A stretch of 64,000 bases of DNA. It comes from a virus. The notes under the pieces were generated by a model that saw only the letters and a list, made by a program, of their open reading frames with translations, had not been told where the DNA came from and made no database searches. The stretch is from positions 23,960-87,959 of the IMG/VR virus record IMGVR_UViG_3300025000_002059. One strand, given 5' to 3'. A program made the translations under genes and the position numbers. Within the stretch, counting starts at the first letter, position 1. Every line of letters begins with the position of its first letter. Positions 9,547-18,590 of the stretch are shown piece after piece.

Positions 9547-10431
9547 CTAAGCGGGTCTTCTGCCACTCCGGAAGGAACTATCCCCTTCAAGGTTTTTCAT
9601 CAAGTGGAGCCGCGCTGTGGCGAACTCTGGGCCAATCATCCCTAGACGGAGCAGCCAGCATCTGAATGAATATTTGGCATTTTCAGTTTGGCTTTTGCTG
9701 GCCTTGCTGGACTTTTGGCAGATTGCCTGAGCAGATACTGCGAGACAAAACTGAATATAAGATTTGATTTTTCCAGCATGGAGTGTTGCGTTGAAATAGC
9801 GGAACTCGACAGTCGAAGCATACCAGACATTGTGGAGATTTAGGCCATGATACCGAGTTGAATTATAATGGCCGGATGAATGTGTTCCTTCATACCAGAT
9901 ATTGCCGAGTGTTTCTAGGTCGTTGGGTTTGATTTGATTAATGCCATTTACCAGATTTTGTTCAACTGGCTTACAATAGGAGATTTTACGATTGTAGTTT
10001 ACGCCAAAAGCTTCGAATATGAGGTCTTCTTTTGAGTAGACGATGTTTATAAGATTGCGGAGCGTTTTAGCATTGTGGGCATCTTTGCCAACATGGATAT
10101 GAATTCCGCATGAATTATTTACGACTGCGCCACCTTTGCGAAGGAGACGAACAATTTCTTGTAGGGTTTCGATATCGCCATAGTTCAGGATTGGAGTAAC
10201 TAATTCGCAAGAATAATCCCGGCTGGCTGCTGCGCCACTTTTCAGCATTGTGGCGATTGAGCCATCGGAGACAATTTTCCATGTTCGACCTGAGTTATCG
10301 CGGGCATTCGTTCCCATCGTTCCATTTCCAAAATATTGACCAATTATATTAGCTGCCTGCTGGCGTGTGATTCCGGTAAATTCAATTTCAACTCCAAATG
10401 TTTGATTTTTAATTACTGCTAAATTTTCCAT
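9547..10431 (-). CDS. Putative amidoligase (COOH-NH2 ligase type 2)
   Basis: FGVEIE, DGSI, ELVTPIL, SCGIHIHV, RYHGLNL and TVEFR motifs; start ATG 10431 after GGGAGTG. Confidence 0.9.
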   Translation of the reverse strand: MENLAVIKNQTFGVEIEFTGITRQQAANIIGQYFGNGTMGTNARDNSGRTWKIVSDGSIATMLKSGAAASRDYSCELVTPILNYGDIETLQEIVRLLRKGGAVVNNSCGIHIHVGKDAHNAKTLRNLINIVYSKEDLIFEAFGVNYNRKISYCKPVEQNLVNGINQIKPNDLETLGNIWYEGTHSSGHYNSTRYHGLNLHNVWYASTVEFRYFNATLHAGKIKSYIQFCLAVSAQAICQKSSKASKSQTENAKYSFRCWLLRLGMIGPEFATARLHLMKNLEGDSSFRSGRRPA

Positions 10432-10471
10432 TTTTATGTCCACTCCCTGCTGTTTTTTGTTGTGTGCCTTG

Positions 10472-10521
10472 CCACATCTGTATATTAACTCTAAAACATG
10501 ATTTATGCAATACATAAATCA
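10472..10521 (-). promoter_or_regulatory. Repeated early promoter cassette, copy 4
   Basis: Near-identical to copy 3. Confidence 0.7.
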
Positions 10522-10605
10522 AAGTAGTGTGCATCCAATTTGTTGCAAAAAAAGAAGGCTTTTTCAGCCTTCAGATGGAATACCCTATTTTGATTTATTT
10601 ATTTT

Positions 10606-11169
10606 CTACAGTGATTCGTAAGCTTTCATTTGAAGATTATATTCAAACTGGACCATCTGGAAGTCATTGTCCCACTTGGAGATTGCCCTGACCAGAGTAT
10701 CATGTTTAACTTTTGAGTCAATCTTGATCCCCTTCAGCGCAACGTAAGCTTTTGTCTGAAGATCAGTTTCAAACTTAATCATCTGGTAGTCAGTACCCCA
10801 TTTTCCTGTTGCGGCACTCTTGATAACAGCTGTAACATTATTTGCATCCATTTCTGATACAGGATTAGTGTATGTCGGGGATGATTCTGCTACTGGGGCC
10901 GGGTCCGGAGCCGGAACTGGAGCCGGAACTGGAGTAGGAGCCGGAACTGGAGTAGGAGCCGGAGTAGGAGCCGGAGCATTGTCTACAACTTTTGTTTCGT
11001 TATTCGGTGTCTTTGTTTCCTGATTTTCATTGGAACCAATCGATATCAAAGTTAGGAGACAAATAAATAATACACCAAGTGCCTGTTTCCTGTTTTTTAT
11101 TTTATAGAATTTACCTCGAATTAAGGATACCATACCAACTATGAATGTTATTACTGCTAAAAATCCCAT
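10606..11169 (-). CDS. Membrane-anchored protein with Pro/Ala linker and duplicated C-terminal motif
   Basis: Two N-terminal TM segments; (PA/PT/PV)n linker; KW..D.QM..FE...Q.KAY repeated twice. Confidence 0.7.
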   Translation of the reverse strand: MGFLAVITFIVGMVSLIRGKFYKIKNRKQALGVLFICLLTLISIGSNENQETKTPNNETKVVDNAPAPTPAPTPVPAPTPVPAPVPAPDPAPVAESSPTYTNPVSEMDANNVTAVIKSAATGKWGTDYQMIKFETDLQTKAYVALKGIKIDSKVKHDTLVRAISKWDNDFQMVQFEYNLQMKAYESL

Positions 11170-11236
11170 TATTTTTTCCCCCTTAAATTTTTACTCTTTT
11201 ATCTTCCATTATCTTTTCTCATTTTAGCCCACTTTC

Positions 11237-11509
11237 TCAATTACGATACCTATAAATTTCATACGATTCTCCCACGGCATCACACATTTTCTGAAGTTCA
11301 TCCCTTGTGACTTTCACTTGAAATATCCCTCGTCTTTTATGAAGTCCCGGCAATTGATCCCGCCATACTTTTCCTCTTCGCAAGCAGCGCTGCAGCCGTA
11401 CTGGTATCCCCAGAGACATCCGGAGCACTTCGGGACCAGATGATATTTCTTCGAACTTTTTACCAATTTCATATTTACCATTTCCTTTCATAGTTGCCAT
11501 TGTCAACAT
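11237..11509 (-). CDS. Hypothetical protein (start uncertain)
   Basis: ORF downstream of promoter copy 5. Confidence 0.4.
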   Translation of the reverse strand: MLTMATMKGNGKYEIGKKFEEISSGPEVLRMSLGIPVRLQRCLRRGKVWRDQLPGLHKRRGIFQVKVTRDELQKMCDAVGESYEIYRYRN

Positions 11510-11551
11510 GTGGGCACAAATATTGAATATTTCAGTTTGTTTTCCCTTCGT

Positions 11552-11592
11552 CCACATTTACAGTTTAGCTCTAAATAATGAATGTTGCAACA
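11552..11592 (-). promoter_or_regulatory. Repeated early promoter cassette, copy 5
   Basis: CCACATTTACAGTTTAGCTCTAAATAATGAATGTTGCAACA. Confidence 0.6.
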
Positions 11593-11645
11593 CGTTTTTC
11601 ATAGTAGTTTGCATCCAATTTGTTGCATTTTGATTCTCAAATTTC

Positions 11646-11846
11646 TCAACCCCACATTCCACATGATGAATTGAATCTTTCCTCGGCTTCCTCTAGTGTT
11701 TCAGCCCCATACTTTCCCCAATAATAACCAATTTCATTCATAGATTCAGCACATACAAGATAAGGGTAATTACCTTCTACTTGGAATATATATTTTTTGC
11801 ATTTTCCCTCGACTTCTTCTTTAATTATTTTCATCTTATTTTCCAC
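11646..11846 (-). CDS. Hypothetical protein
   Basis: ORF in the early operon. Confidence 0.5.
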   Translation of the reverse strand: MENKMKIIKEEVEGKCKKYIFQVEGNYPYLVCAESMNEIGYYWGKYGAETLEEAEERFNSSCGMWG

Positions 11847-11854
11847 CTTTCTAA

Positions 11855-12067
11855 TTAAAACAAATTTTGATGTTCTTTAAGGATGGCATTCATTTCTGAC
11901 TTGATCTTGAATAATTTTATTTCGTTGGCATTGAAGGAAGCAACGTCCCCAGAATATCTAGCCATGAATCCTTTGAGTGAGGGTTTCGCGCTGCCCATTT
12001 CCTTTTTGTAGCTTTTGCCAACCAAGGCCCTATATTTTGCGATTCTTTCTAAATCGAATTTATCCAT
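11855..12067 (-). CDS. Hypothetical protein (MDKFDLERIAKY...)
   Basis: Start at ATG after GGAGG. Confidence 0.55.
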   Translation of the reverse strand: MDKFDLERIAKYRALVGKSYKKEMGSAKPSLKGFMARYSGDVASFNANEIKLFKIKSEMNAILKEHQNLF

Positions 12068-12069
12068 TT

Positions 12070-12237
12070 TTACATTTCCTCCTTTACTTCTTCGCAAGAA
12101 ATTATTTTGTAACCAGAAGATCCAGCGCATGGCTTTCTGCAAATGAAACCAACTTCAAACTTGACTGATGTTGTTTCGGTGTAGAGTTTTCCCTTAAGGG
12201 TTCCACTTGTAAATTCTCTCGTTACGATATATTTCAT
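12070..12237 (-). CDS. Hypothetical protein (MKYIVTREF...)
   Basis: Start after AGGTGG; upstream extension lies in the leader. Confidence 0.5.
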   Translation of the reverse strand: MKYIVTREFTSGTLKGKLYTETTSVKFEVGFICRKPCAGSSGYKIISCEEVKEEM

Positions 12238-12278
12238 TTTTTTATTTACCACCTTTGCGTTTTTTTGTTTTCCCTTGT

Positions 12279-12322
12279 CCACATCTGTATATTAACATTA
12301 TTATATGAATTACGCAATACAT
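12279..12322 (-). promoter_or_regulatory. Repeated early promoter cassette, copy 6
   Basis: CCACATCTGTATATTAACATTATTATATGAATTACGCAATACAT. Confidence 0.7.
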
Positions 12323-12465
12323 TATTCAATAATAATAAGACTTAAATTCTTCCATATAAAAAGGGTCTTTTGTAATTTATTGTTGGTTAAGTGACAACTA
12401 AAAGAACCCGTTGATCTACATTCAACGGGTTAAATACATAAAATCCTTAAGTGAGAAACTAAAAA

Positions 12466-12672
12466 TTATTGTTTTGTCCGATTATTGATTCTGTTTAAAT
12501 GTTTTTCATGTAAGCCATTTCCAAAACCATTATTCTCATCTTTCCAAGTGTACCAGAACCCATGTTCAGTATTTTTTATCCCCATAATAACATGTGTTGT
12601 TACGTGACCTCCTGCCCAATTAGCATTCACAGTTTCTCCAATTTTATATTTTGCCGTTTTATTATTATCCAT
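12466..12672 (-). CDS. Hypothetical SH3-like small protein
   Basis: AKYKIGETV motif; coupled to the GGCT gene. Confidence 0.5.
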   Translation of the reverse strand: MDNNKTAKYKIGETVNANWAGGHVTTHVIMGIKNTEHGFWYTWKDENNGFGNGLHEKHLNRINNRTKQ

Positions 12673-13180
12673 TTACTTTCTCTCCTTCACGTTCCCAAGC
12701 TTGGAACCAAGAATTTATGGATCGCTCGGAAGCGCCAACACAAAGCAGCGTTTCCTTCAAGCCATCGAGACGGATACCAAAATCTTTATAGCCTTGGACA
12801 ATGGAGTTTAAGTAGCTGGCACCGATCGGATCCACCTTCATCCCTTTCTTTACAATCCAGTAGGTTATAGCTCGCCGGGCATGACCATTCTCGTCAACGA
12901 CTTCCACGATTCCCCGGTCATAAAGTCGCGGGTAGCCTTCATACTTATCAAGCGCCTTCAGGCATTCCGGTGTGATTAACCAAAGCCCACCTTCCACGCC
13001 AAGAGTAGCGGAACCTTGCTCCGGGAAGATAGTAGCTACTCCACCAAGGAAGCCAAGCTCGGCACCTCCTAGCGAAGCTGAACAGAGTTTCCTTGCAGCC
13101 GGGCAGCGCTTCTTCATTTGAGCGACATTAAGGTTTGATCCATAACTAAAGTAAAGCATATTATCTTTGGATATTTTCAT
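12665..13180 (-). CDS. Gamma-glutamylcyclotransferase (AIG2-like) family protein
   Basis: YFSYGSNLN..QM..RCP, LDKYEGYP.LY. Confidence 0.9.
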   Translation of the reverse strand: MKISKDNMLYFSYGSNLNVAQMKKRCPAARKLCSASLGGAELGFLGGVATIFPEQGSATLGVEGGLWLITPECLKALDKYEGYPRLYDRGIVEVVDENGHARRAITYWIVKKGMKVDPIGASYLNSIVQGYKDFGIRLDGLKETLLCVGASERSINSWFQAWEREGEKVNG

Positions 13181-13203
13181 TTTTATTTACCAACTTTCTT
13201 AAT

Positions 13204-13458
13204 TTATATTTCCTGAATCCAATCCATATCATCGAAGCTTGTGAATCCGCCAGCCTTTAGGATTTCCTGCAGCGCCTTTTTCCCGCCAACTGGGATATAA
13301 GGAATGAAGGTTTCGTCGCTTTCAAATTTAAGATAGCCCAGTCTTGGAACAAAGAATGCAAAGCCTTTTGAGATTTCAGTGTATCCTCCCGGACAAGTAA
13401 ACTTTTTGCCTTTCACGTTGACTATTTGGATTGTATTTTTAATTTCTGCTGTTGTCAT
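13204..13458 (-). CDS. Hypothetical protein
   Basis: ORF after promoter copy 7; RBS AGGTGG. Confidence 0.55.
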   Translation of the reverse strand: MTTAEIKNTIQIVNVKGKKFTCPGGYTEISKGFAFFVPRLGYLKFESDETFIPYIPVGGKKALQEILKAGGFTSFDDMDWIQEI

Positions 13459-13493
13459 TTTCAATTTCCACCTTTCAGCTTGTTTTCCCCTTG

Positions 13494-13542
13494 CCACATT
13501 TACAGTTTAACTCTGAATGATGATTATTGCAATACATATATC
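13494..13542 (-). promoter_or_regulatory. Repeated early promoter cassette, copy 7
   Basis: CCACATTTACAGTTTAACTCTGAATGATGATTATTGCAATACATATATCA. Confidence 0.7.
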
Positions 13543-13621
13543 AAATAAAATATTATCCAATTATGAACATTGCCGTACTAGATGTAGTACGATATAATAG
13601 AAGCAGGGGAGGGACAACAAC

Positions 13622-13861
13622 ATGAGGATTTGCATTGATAATACGGATGTTGAGTACAACCTTACCATTGGAAAGGAATACGAGGGAATTGATGACGATG
13701 GGCAATTAGTTAATGTCATAGACGATACAGGATTCATGGAGACTTATGTCGTAGAACGATTTGAGAAAAAGGGAAAGAACGATTTTATAAAAGGGGATGT
13801 TAAAAATAGAAATCACAGAAAAACACCTGAGAACAGTTTGCAAAATAGGACAAGAACATGA
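13622..13861 (+). CDS. Hypothetical protein
   Basis: TTGCCG..TATAAT promoter and GGGAGG RBS upstream. Confidence 0.55.
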   Translation: MRICIDNTDVEYNLTIGKEYEGIDDDGQLVNVIDDTGFMETYVVERFEKKGKNDFIKGDVKNRNHRKTPENSLQNRTRT

Positions 13862-14015
13862 CTGTTGCCGATATCTTGTAGTCGGATCGAAAGGATTTGA
13901 GTGTGTTAAACACACCAGAATAGCAACGGAGCTAGACTATCGGGTAAGAGAAAACAAAATGGTCGCTCAAGGTGATAATTGCGTAGGCTATATAATCGTA
14001 GGAGGTGATCAATAA
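13797..14015 (+). CDS. Cys-rich hypothetical protein
   Basis: CKIGQ..DCCRYL..G..GFEC. Confidence 0.55.
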   Translation: MLKIEITEKHLRTVCKIGQEHDCCRYLVVGSKGFECVKHTRIATELDYRVRENKMVAQGDNCVGYIIVGGDQ

Positions 14016-14017
14016 AT

Positions 14018-14278
14018 ATGAAAGTAATACCGATATCAAGAGCGAGAGATAACATCTACCAAATCGTAGAAGAAGCCGTGAAGTTTAGCGAGCCAGTCGA
14101 AATCAGCTCGAAGAAAGGTGATGTGGTTATAGTTTCAAAAGCGGACTGGGGAAGCATTCAGGAAACTTTATACTTGATGTCATTTCCAAAGCTGTGGCAG
14201 GACATCGTGGATGCTCACAATACACCACTAGACGAACTTTTCACCTTGGAGGACTTGGGATGGAATTTGGATGAGTAA
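14018..14278 (+). CDS. yefM: Phd/YefM antitoxin
   Basis: ISRARDNIYQIV...PVEI...W.SIQETLYL. Confidence 0.9.
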   Translation: MKVIPISRARDNIYQIVEEAVKFSEPVEISSKKGDVVIVSKADWGSIQETLYLMSFPKLWQDIVDAHNTPLDELFTLEDLGWNLDE

Positions 14279-14528
14279 CTATGAAGTAAGATTCAGCAAC
14301 AGAGCAAAAAAAGATGCTCTAAAATTAGAGCAATCCAATCTTGACGATAAAGCTAAGGAGTTAGTAAAAATAATTAAAAGTAACCCCTACCAAAACCCGC
14401 CACCGTTTGAAAAGCTGGCAGGCGGGGATTATTCTAGAAGAATTAATATTCAGCATCGCTTAGTTTATTATGTTTTGAGGGAAGAACGAATAATTGTTGT
14501 GACATCGATGTGGACGCATTATGAATGA
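14271..14528 (+). CDS. yoeB: Txe/YoeB toxin
   Basis: NPYQNPPPFEKL, YSRRINIQHRLVY, MWTHYE. Confidence 0.92.
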   Translation: MSNYEVRFSNRAKKDALKLEQSNLDDKAKELVKIIKSNPYQNPPPFEKLAGGDYSRRINIQHRLVYYVLREERIIVVTSMWTHYE

Positions 14529-14543
14529 AAGAAGGATTAAGGA

Positions 14544-15017
14544 ATGAATAGACACCAGCTAGAAAAAATATACGAGGTCAATGGTCTAAAAGATTACAAG
14601 CTAAAGCACCCCACGGACCTGATAAGGACCCATGGGATTGATTATATTGCGGTCGACGGATTCGACCGACTCGACGAAGCGAACAAGCTTTTATATGCAG
14701 AGTTTATCGTTAATTTTTTTAACTGTTTGGGCATGGAGAGCCGGGCAACGCTGGTGCCCAAGGGTATCTACTACGTCGAGGACGTGGACTTTTCAGTCAA
14801 AGAAAACCCGGATGACGAATACCGCATTGCGTCAGGTGGCCGCGTGATGGCCATCGATCGCAACGGACTTAAAACAGTGCACCGCACATGGACTGACCCA
14901 GACTACGCACACCTTGACGCGACAGAGAGCAAGCCTAAACAATACCTTAGATTCGAGTATGAGAACGAAGGCCGGGAAGTATGGCAGCATATTATAGATC
15001 CCAAAACGTGGTACTAA
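14544..15017 (+). CDS. Hypothetical protein
   Basis: 157-aa ORF with RBS. Confidence 0.6.
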   Translation: MNRHQLEKIYEVNGLKDYKLKHPTDLIRTHGIDYIAVDGFDRLDEANKLLYAEFIVNFFNCLGMESRATLVPKGIYYVEDVDFSVKENPDDEYRIASGGRVMAIDRNGLKTVHRTWTDPDYAHLDATESKPKQYLRFEYENEGREVWQHIIDPKTWY

Positions 15018-15022
15018 AACAA

Positions 15023-15067
15023 AAAAAGCATTCCTGCGCCATTCAATCGGCTAAGGAATGCTTTTTT
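15023..15067. terminator. Bidirectional terminator
   Basis: AAAAAAGCATTCCT ... AGGAATGCTTTTTT. Confidence 0.75.
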
Positions 15068-15340
15068 AATGGAAAAGACTAGGTATATTATTACCAACTA
15101 CTTGTCCGAAACATGTGATATAATGGCGGAAAGAAGAATAAAGCGAAAACCTCCAAGGACGGTAATCCTTGAAGGCTTTCTGGTCGAAGCATTGCCACCA
15201 GCAACGCTAAGATTTCAATATGGGAAATTGATACTTTTATTATATCATTTCATGGTACAAAGTATCAAGGTAAATATTTGGAATTTTAAGCTGTCTGGCG
15301 AATGCGTTAGATAGCTTTTTATATTTGGAGGAAAGATGAG

Positions 15341-15616
15341 ATGTTGATGAAAATATCCAAGGATCAAAATTTAAGCATAGAAGCAAAGGGATTATATTTA
15401 TATTTCTATTCATTTACGAAAAGTGGTCATGATGAATTTCCTTATGTAGGAGAGATACTTGAGGATTTAGGGATAAGCAAAACTAGATATTATAAGCATT
15501 TAAAATTATTGATTAATTCAGGGTATTTGAGACTAGGGCAAGATAAATTATCTGGAAAATATATAAGTAATTTTTATGAAGTTGTAATGAAGTATTCATT
15601 GGAGGGTAACAGATAA
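15341..15616 (+). CDS. Winged-HTH protein (replication-initiator N-terminal type)
   Basis: LSIEAKGLYLY...FP....I.EDLGISKTRYYKHLKLL...GYL. Confidence 0.7.
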   Translation: MLMKISKDQNLSIEAKGLYLYFYSFTKSGHDEFPYVGEILEDLGISKTRYYKHLKLLINSGYLRLGQDKLSGKYISNFYEVVMKYSLEGNR

Positions 15617-16008
15617 TGTTTAGATTACCCAAACCGCAGAAAAATTATACAGAGGTGCCCAATGTAGTTTTTGATTTAGTAATTCCAAATATAACAAATC
15701 TTTCTGCATTGAAATGTTATCTTATTCTCATAAGAAAAACTTGGGGATGGGGTAAAATTGGTGATTGGATTTCAATGTCGCAAATAGTTAAATTAACAAA
15801 ACTTGCACGGTCTAGTGCTGTTGTAGGAATGAAATGGTTAGAAGATAATGGATACATCTGGTCAGCAAAAGCTGGAATTCCGGGAAAAGAAAAAATTATG
15901 TATTTCTTGTGTTCAGAGGAAAATGAACTCATGGAAAGATCAGTTAAAGAAGGAATAATAAAGCCGGATAAATTATTTGAGCTTATGATGAAAGAACGAA
16001 AAGAATGA
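15616..16008 (+). CDS. Replication protein, lambda O-like N-terminal HTH
   Basis: NYTEVPN.VFD, LIRKTWGW.K..DWISMSQI. Confidence 0.75.
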   Translation: MFRLPKPQKNYTEVPNVVFDLVIPNITNLSALKCYLILIRKTWGWGKIGDWISMSQIVKLTKLARSSAVVGMKWLEDNGYIWSAKAGIPGKEKIMYFLCSEENELMERSVKEGIIKPDKLFELMMKERKE

Positions 16009-16009
16009 G

Positions 16010-16096
16010 TTATCCACAACCAGTCCGGAATTCGGATAGGTATACTTATCCACAACCAGTCCGAATTCAATACCCCCCCAGTCCGGAATTCGGACA
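16010..16096 (+). promoter_or_regulatory. Putative replication origin: two perfect DnaA boxes plus three iterons
   Basis: TTATCCACA at 16010 and 16046; CCAGTCCG(G)AATTC(GGA) three times, immediately after the rep gene. Confidence 0.7.
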
Positions 16097-16164
16097 CACA
16101 AAAGAAACCTATACAAGGTTTATACATCCTAATAATAATGAGAAAAAACTAAGGAGAAAAATTA

Positions 16165-16554
16165 ATGGAACCATACACAAAGGAAATGATCACATGGGCA
16201 CGGCACTTGGATGTGGTCAAGCTGAGAAAGAGAATCGGATACTTGCCCGGATACGTTGTGCTTAGGCTATACCAAAACTTAACTGAAGATGAGAAGGAAG
16301 AAGTGAGAATCAATGTAGGTTTCTCCAAGGACCGCAAGCGATTTTACATAAGAGTAATCGAGAGAGGTGTTAAACTTTCAGAAGTTGGTGACGGAAGGGG
16401 AAGGATGGCAAAAACATTCTGTCTTCAGGCGATAAGGCGTCAATTTGGAGATGAGATCATCGGAGAGTACAAACTGCTCGAAGAAGCCGGATTTGACGAT
16501 GATAAAATCCTAGCTTTTGAAAAAATAGAAGAGTCGGAATTAGACGAAATATAG
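16165..16554 (+). CDS. Hypothetical protein
   Basis: AAGGAG RBS. Confidence 0.55.
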   Translation: MEPYTKEMITWARHLDVVKLRKRIGYLPGYVVLRLYQNLTEDEKEEVRINVGFSKDRKRFYIRVIERGVKLSEVGDGRGRMAKTFCLQAIRRQFGDEIIGEYKLLEEAGFDDDKILAFEKIEESELDEI

Positions 16555-16640
16555 GAGATAATGAAAATAATTTCCGTTGATGAAAATTCTTACACATGGT
16601 ATACTAGGACAAGATACAGAATTGAAAGGAAGTTGAATTA

Positions 16641-17045
16641 ATGTCAAAATTTGAAGGCTTGGATAGTTTGTTCGAATTAATTAGTAATTCAATAACAGAT
16701 TCGCAGTATGACAAGGTGACAATCGGTAAGATTTCAGAAAATCTTAGGGTTCGATTTGCTAAGATGGGCAAGGAAAAAGAAATGATCGCAAGGGAAATGA
16801 AGACTAGAAAAGAAATACTCGAAGCGGAAATGGAGCTGAAACTATTCAAGGAATTCAGTGAACGAATAGAAGCGCACAGTGACGAAAAGGATGCTTGCTG
16901 GCTGGCGGCATCTAGGGAACTAAATATTCCAGAGGAAGGACGTTATTCTTGTAATTTCAAAGACGGAACGATTAGCGAGAAAGTGACCAAAAAAGATGTG
17001 CCAGATAATCCATTCACGAATCCAAATAAGAAGAAAAGATGGTAA
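16641..17045 (+). CDS. Hypothetical coiled-coil protein
   Basis: Promoter TTGATG..TATACT and RBS upstream. Confidence 0.6.
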   Translation: MSKFEGLDSLFELISNSITDSQYDKVTIGKISENLRVRFAKMGKEKEMIAREMKTRKEILEAEMELKLFKEFSERIEAHSDEKDACWLAASRELNIPEEGRYSCNFKDGTISEKVTKKDVPDNPFTNPNKKKRW

Positions 17046-17048
17046 AAC

Positions 17049-17246
17049 ATGATCAATATGATGCTTGCGAGAAGAAGGAGTAAGCTAACCCAGAAGCAAC
17101 TAGCTAAAAAAGTGGGGATAAGCAACATCCAAATAAGCCGATTCGAGACTGGAATATCGAGTCCAAAAGCGGATTTGCTACAGAAAATAGCGGTTGAGCT
17201 TGGAGTTAGTCTGGATTACCTAATGCAAGGGAGAAATGAAGAATGA
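17049..17246 (+). CDS. XRE-family HTH regulator
   Basis: LTQKQLAKKVGIS..QISRFETG. Confidence 0.9.
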   Translation: MINMMLARRRSKLTQKQLAKKVGISNIQISRFETGISSPKADLLQKIAVELGVSLDYLMQGRNEE

Positions 17247-17542
17247 TGCTAGTTAATGGAACTCCGGCTATTGCAGATATTAAGAGTCAGTGTTCAATTA
17301 TTCCCGGATTTGAATTTAACTACATCGCTTACAAGGGGAAAGTATTGTGGAGCACGGTATCGGCATCGCTTGATGATTATTTCATTTATCTTTATGACGG
17401 ACCAAATTATAAAAATGGGTGGGATCCATATACGGTAGCCTGCGTAGATGAACACGGTGATCTGTTTTACTACGGTCGCTGGACGAAATTAAAAAATGCA
17501 CTTGCATGGCTTGCGGATCCAAACATGCCAGAAAGGGACTAA
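17243..17542 (+). CDS. Hypothetical protein
   Basis: Translationally coupled ORF. Confidence 0.55.
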   Translation: MMLVNGTPAIADIKSQCSIIPGFEFNYIAYKGKVLWSTVSASLDDYFIYLYDGPNYKNGWDPYTVACVDEHGDLFYYGRWTKLKNALAWLADPNMPERD

Positions 17543-17547
17543 AGCAA

Positions 17548-18309
17548 TTGGAGACACTAGCGGTAATAAACCAAAAGGGCGGCGTAGCCAAAACTACAAC
17601 GAGCGTGAATATGGCGGCCATAATAGCCGCCATGGGATTCAAGACATTACTTATTGATGTGGATCCGCAAGCTAATCTTTCCCAATCCTTGGGCATTGTT
17701 GCCTTTGATATGGGAACACCTAATCTTTTCGAGGATCCGAAAATAACACTTAGCAAGTGCGTTAATGAAACAAGCATAACGAAATTATCCATTATTCCAT
17801 CGGACCTATCACTAGCACAAGTTGAATGGGAACTTTTGAAAACATTTAAAGGCACCAATACTTCTATTCTGCGAGACAAGATCAAGGCAAGTGAGGAAGA
17901 ATTTGATTATTGCATTATCGACTGCCCGCCAAGCTTAGGAATTTTCAGCCTTAATGCGCTCATTGCAGCGGACCGTGTGCTTATCCCGGTTGGTCTTGAT
18001 CCGTTCGGATTGATTGGAATAAAGTATCTAGTGAGCACGATCACTGATATCAGAATGAGTATAAACAAGCATCTCAAAATTCTGGGCATTGCACGGACCA
18101 TGTGGGATATGCGGCAGAGACTTGGACGAGAAATCAGCGAAAGTATGGAAAAGGATTATCCGGGAAAAGTCCTTGAGACGATTATAAAAATGAATGTAAG
18201 CGTCAAGGAAAGTGCTGTTGCCCAAATGCCACTGGTCATTTATGAGCCAAATGCTCCGGCTGCGCTGCAATACATTCAATTAACGAATGAAGTGTTACAG
18301 AGATGGTGA
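17548..18309 (+). CDS. parA: ParA/Soj partition ATPase
   Basis: NQKGGVAKTT deviant Walker A, DVDPQANL, IIDCPPSLG; TTG start after AAGGG. Confidence 0.93.
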   Translation: METLAVINQKGGVAKTTTSVNMAAIIAAMGFKTLLIDVDPQANLSQSLGIVAFDMGTPNLFEDPKITLSKCVNETSITKLSIIPSDLSLAQVEWELLKTFKGTNTSILRDKIKASEEEFDYCIIDCPPSLGIFSLNALIAADRVLIPVGLDPFGLIGIKYLVSTITDIRMSINKHLKILGIARTMWDMRQRLGREISESMEKDYPGKVLETIIKMNVSVKESAVAQMPLVIYEPNAPAALQYIQLTNEVLQRW

Positions 18310-18584
18310 GAAAACAGGGTAGGCCAAATATTCAAGCAATGCTGGAAGGAATCGATCTGGATAATAAGGAAGTACAGGAAGAAAAGCCAGATAAGTCAGA
18401 GGTAGAAGCGATAGCTGAACCGGACTTAAATGAAAAACTAAAGCGATGCTATGTAGTAACAGGATTTCATCTTGAAAAAATAATGCTTCTAAAGACCAAA
18501 AAATACAGAAAATATGATATGAGCGAAATTGTCTGTATGGCGATTGATTCATTTTTTGAAAAAGAAATGAACGGAGAGAAGTAA
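18303..18584 (+). CDS. Small putative centromere-binding adaptor (type Ib ParB/RHH-like)
   Basis: Overlaps the parA stop; acidic flexible N-terminus; C-terminal MSEIV..AIDSFF RHH-like helix. Confidence 0.55.
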   Translation: MVRKQGRPNIQAMLEGIDLDNKEVQEEKPDKSEVEAIAEPDLNEKLKRCYVVTGFHLEKIMLLKTKKYRKYDMSEIVCMAIDSFFEKEMNGEK

Positions 18585-18590
18585 TACAAT

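Noticed and set aside
10432-10515. N-terminal extensions MYC(I/N)NHVLELIY.CG on ORFs 9547 and 8663, and similar extensions at 11557, 12282 and 13497
   Set aside because: They are translations of the repeated promoter/leader cassette; RBS-supported starts lie downstream.
13481-13495. Self-targeting of the early leader (TTTCCCCTT) by the A(A/G)GTTTCC + ..TAAGG guide family
   Set aside because: Only the central ~9 bp agree and the flanks mismatch. No full self-target was found by eye; a computational scan is needed.
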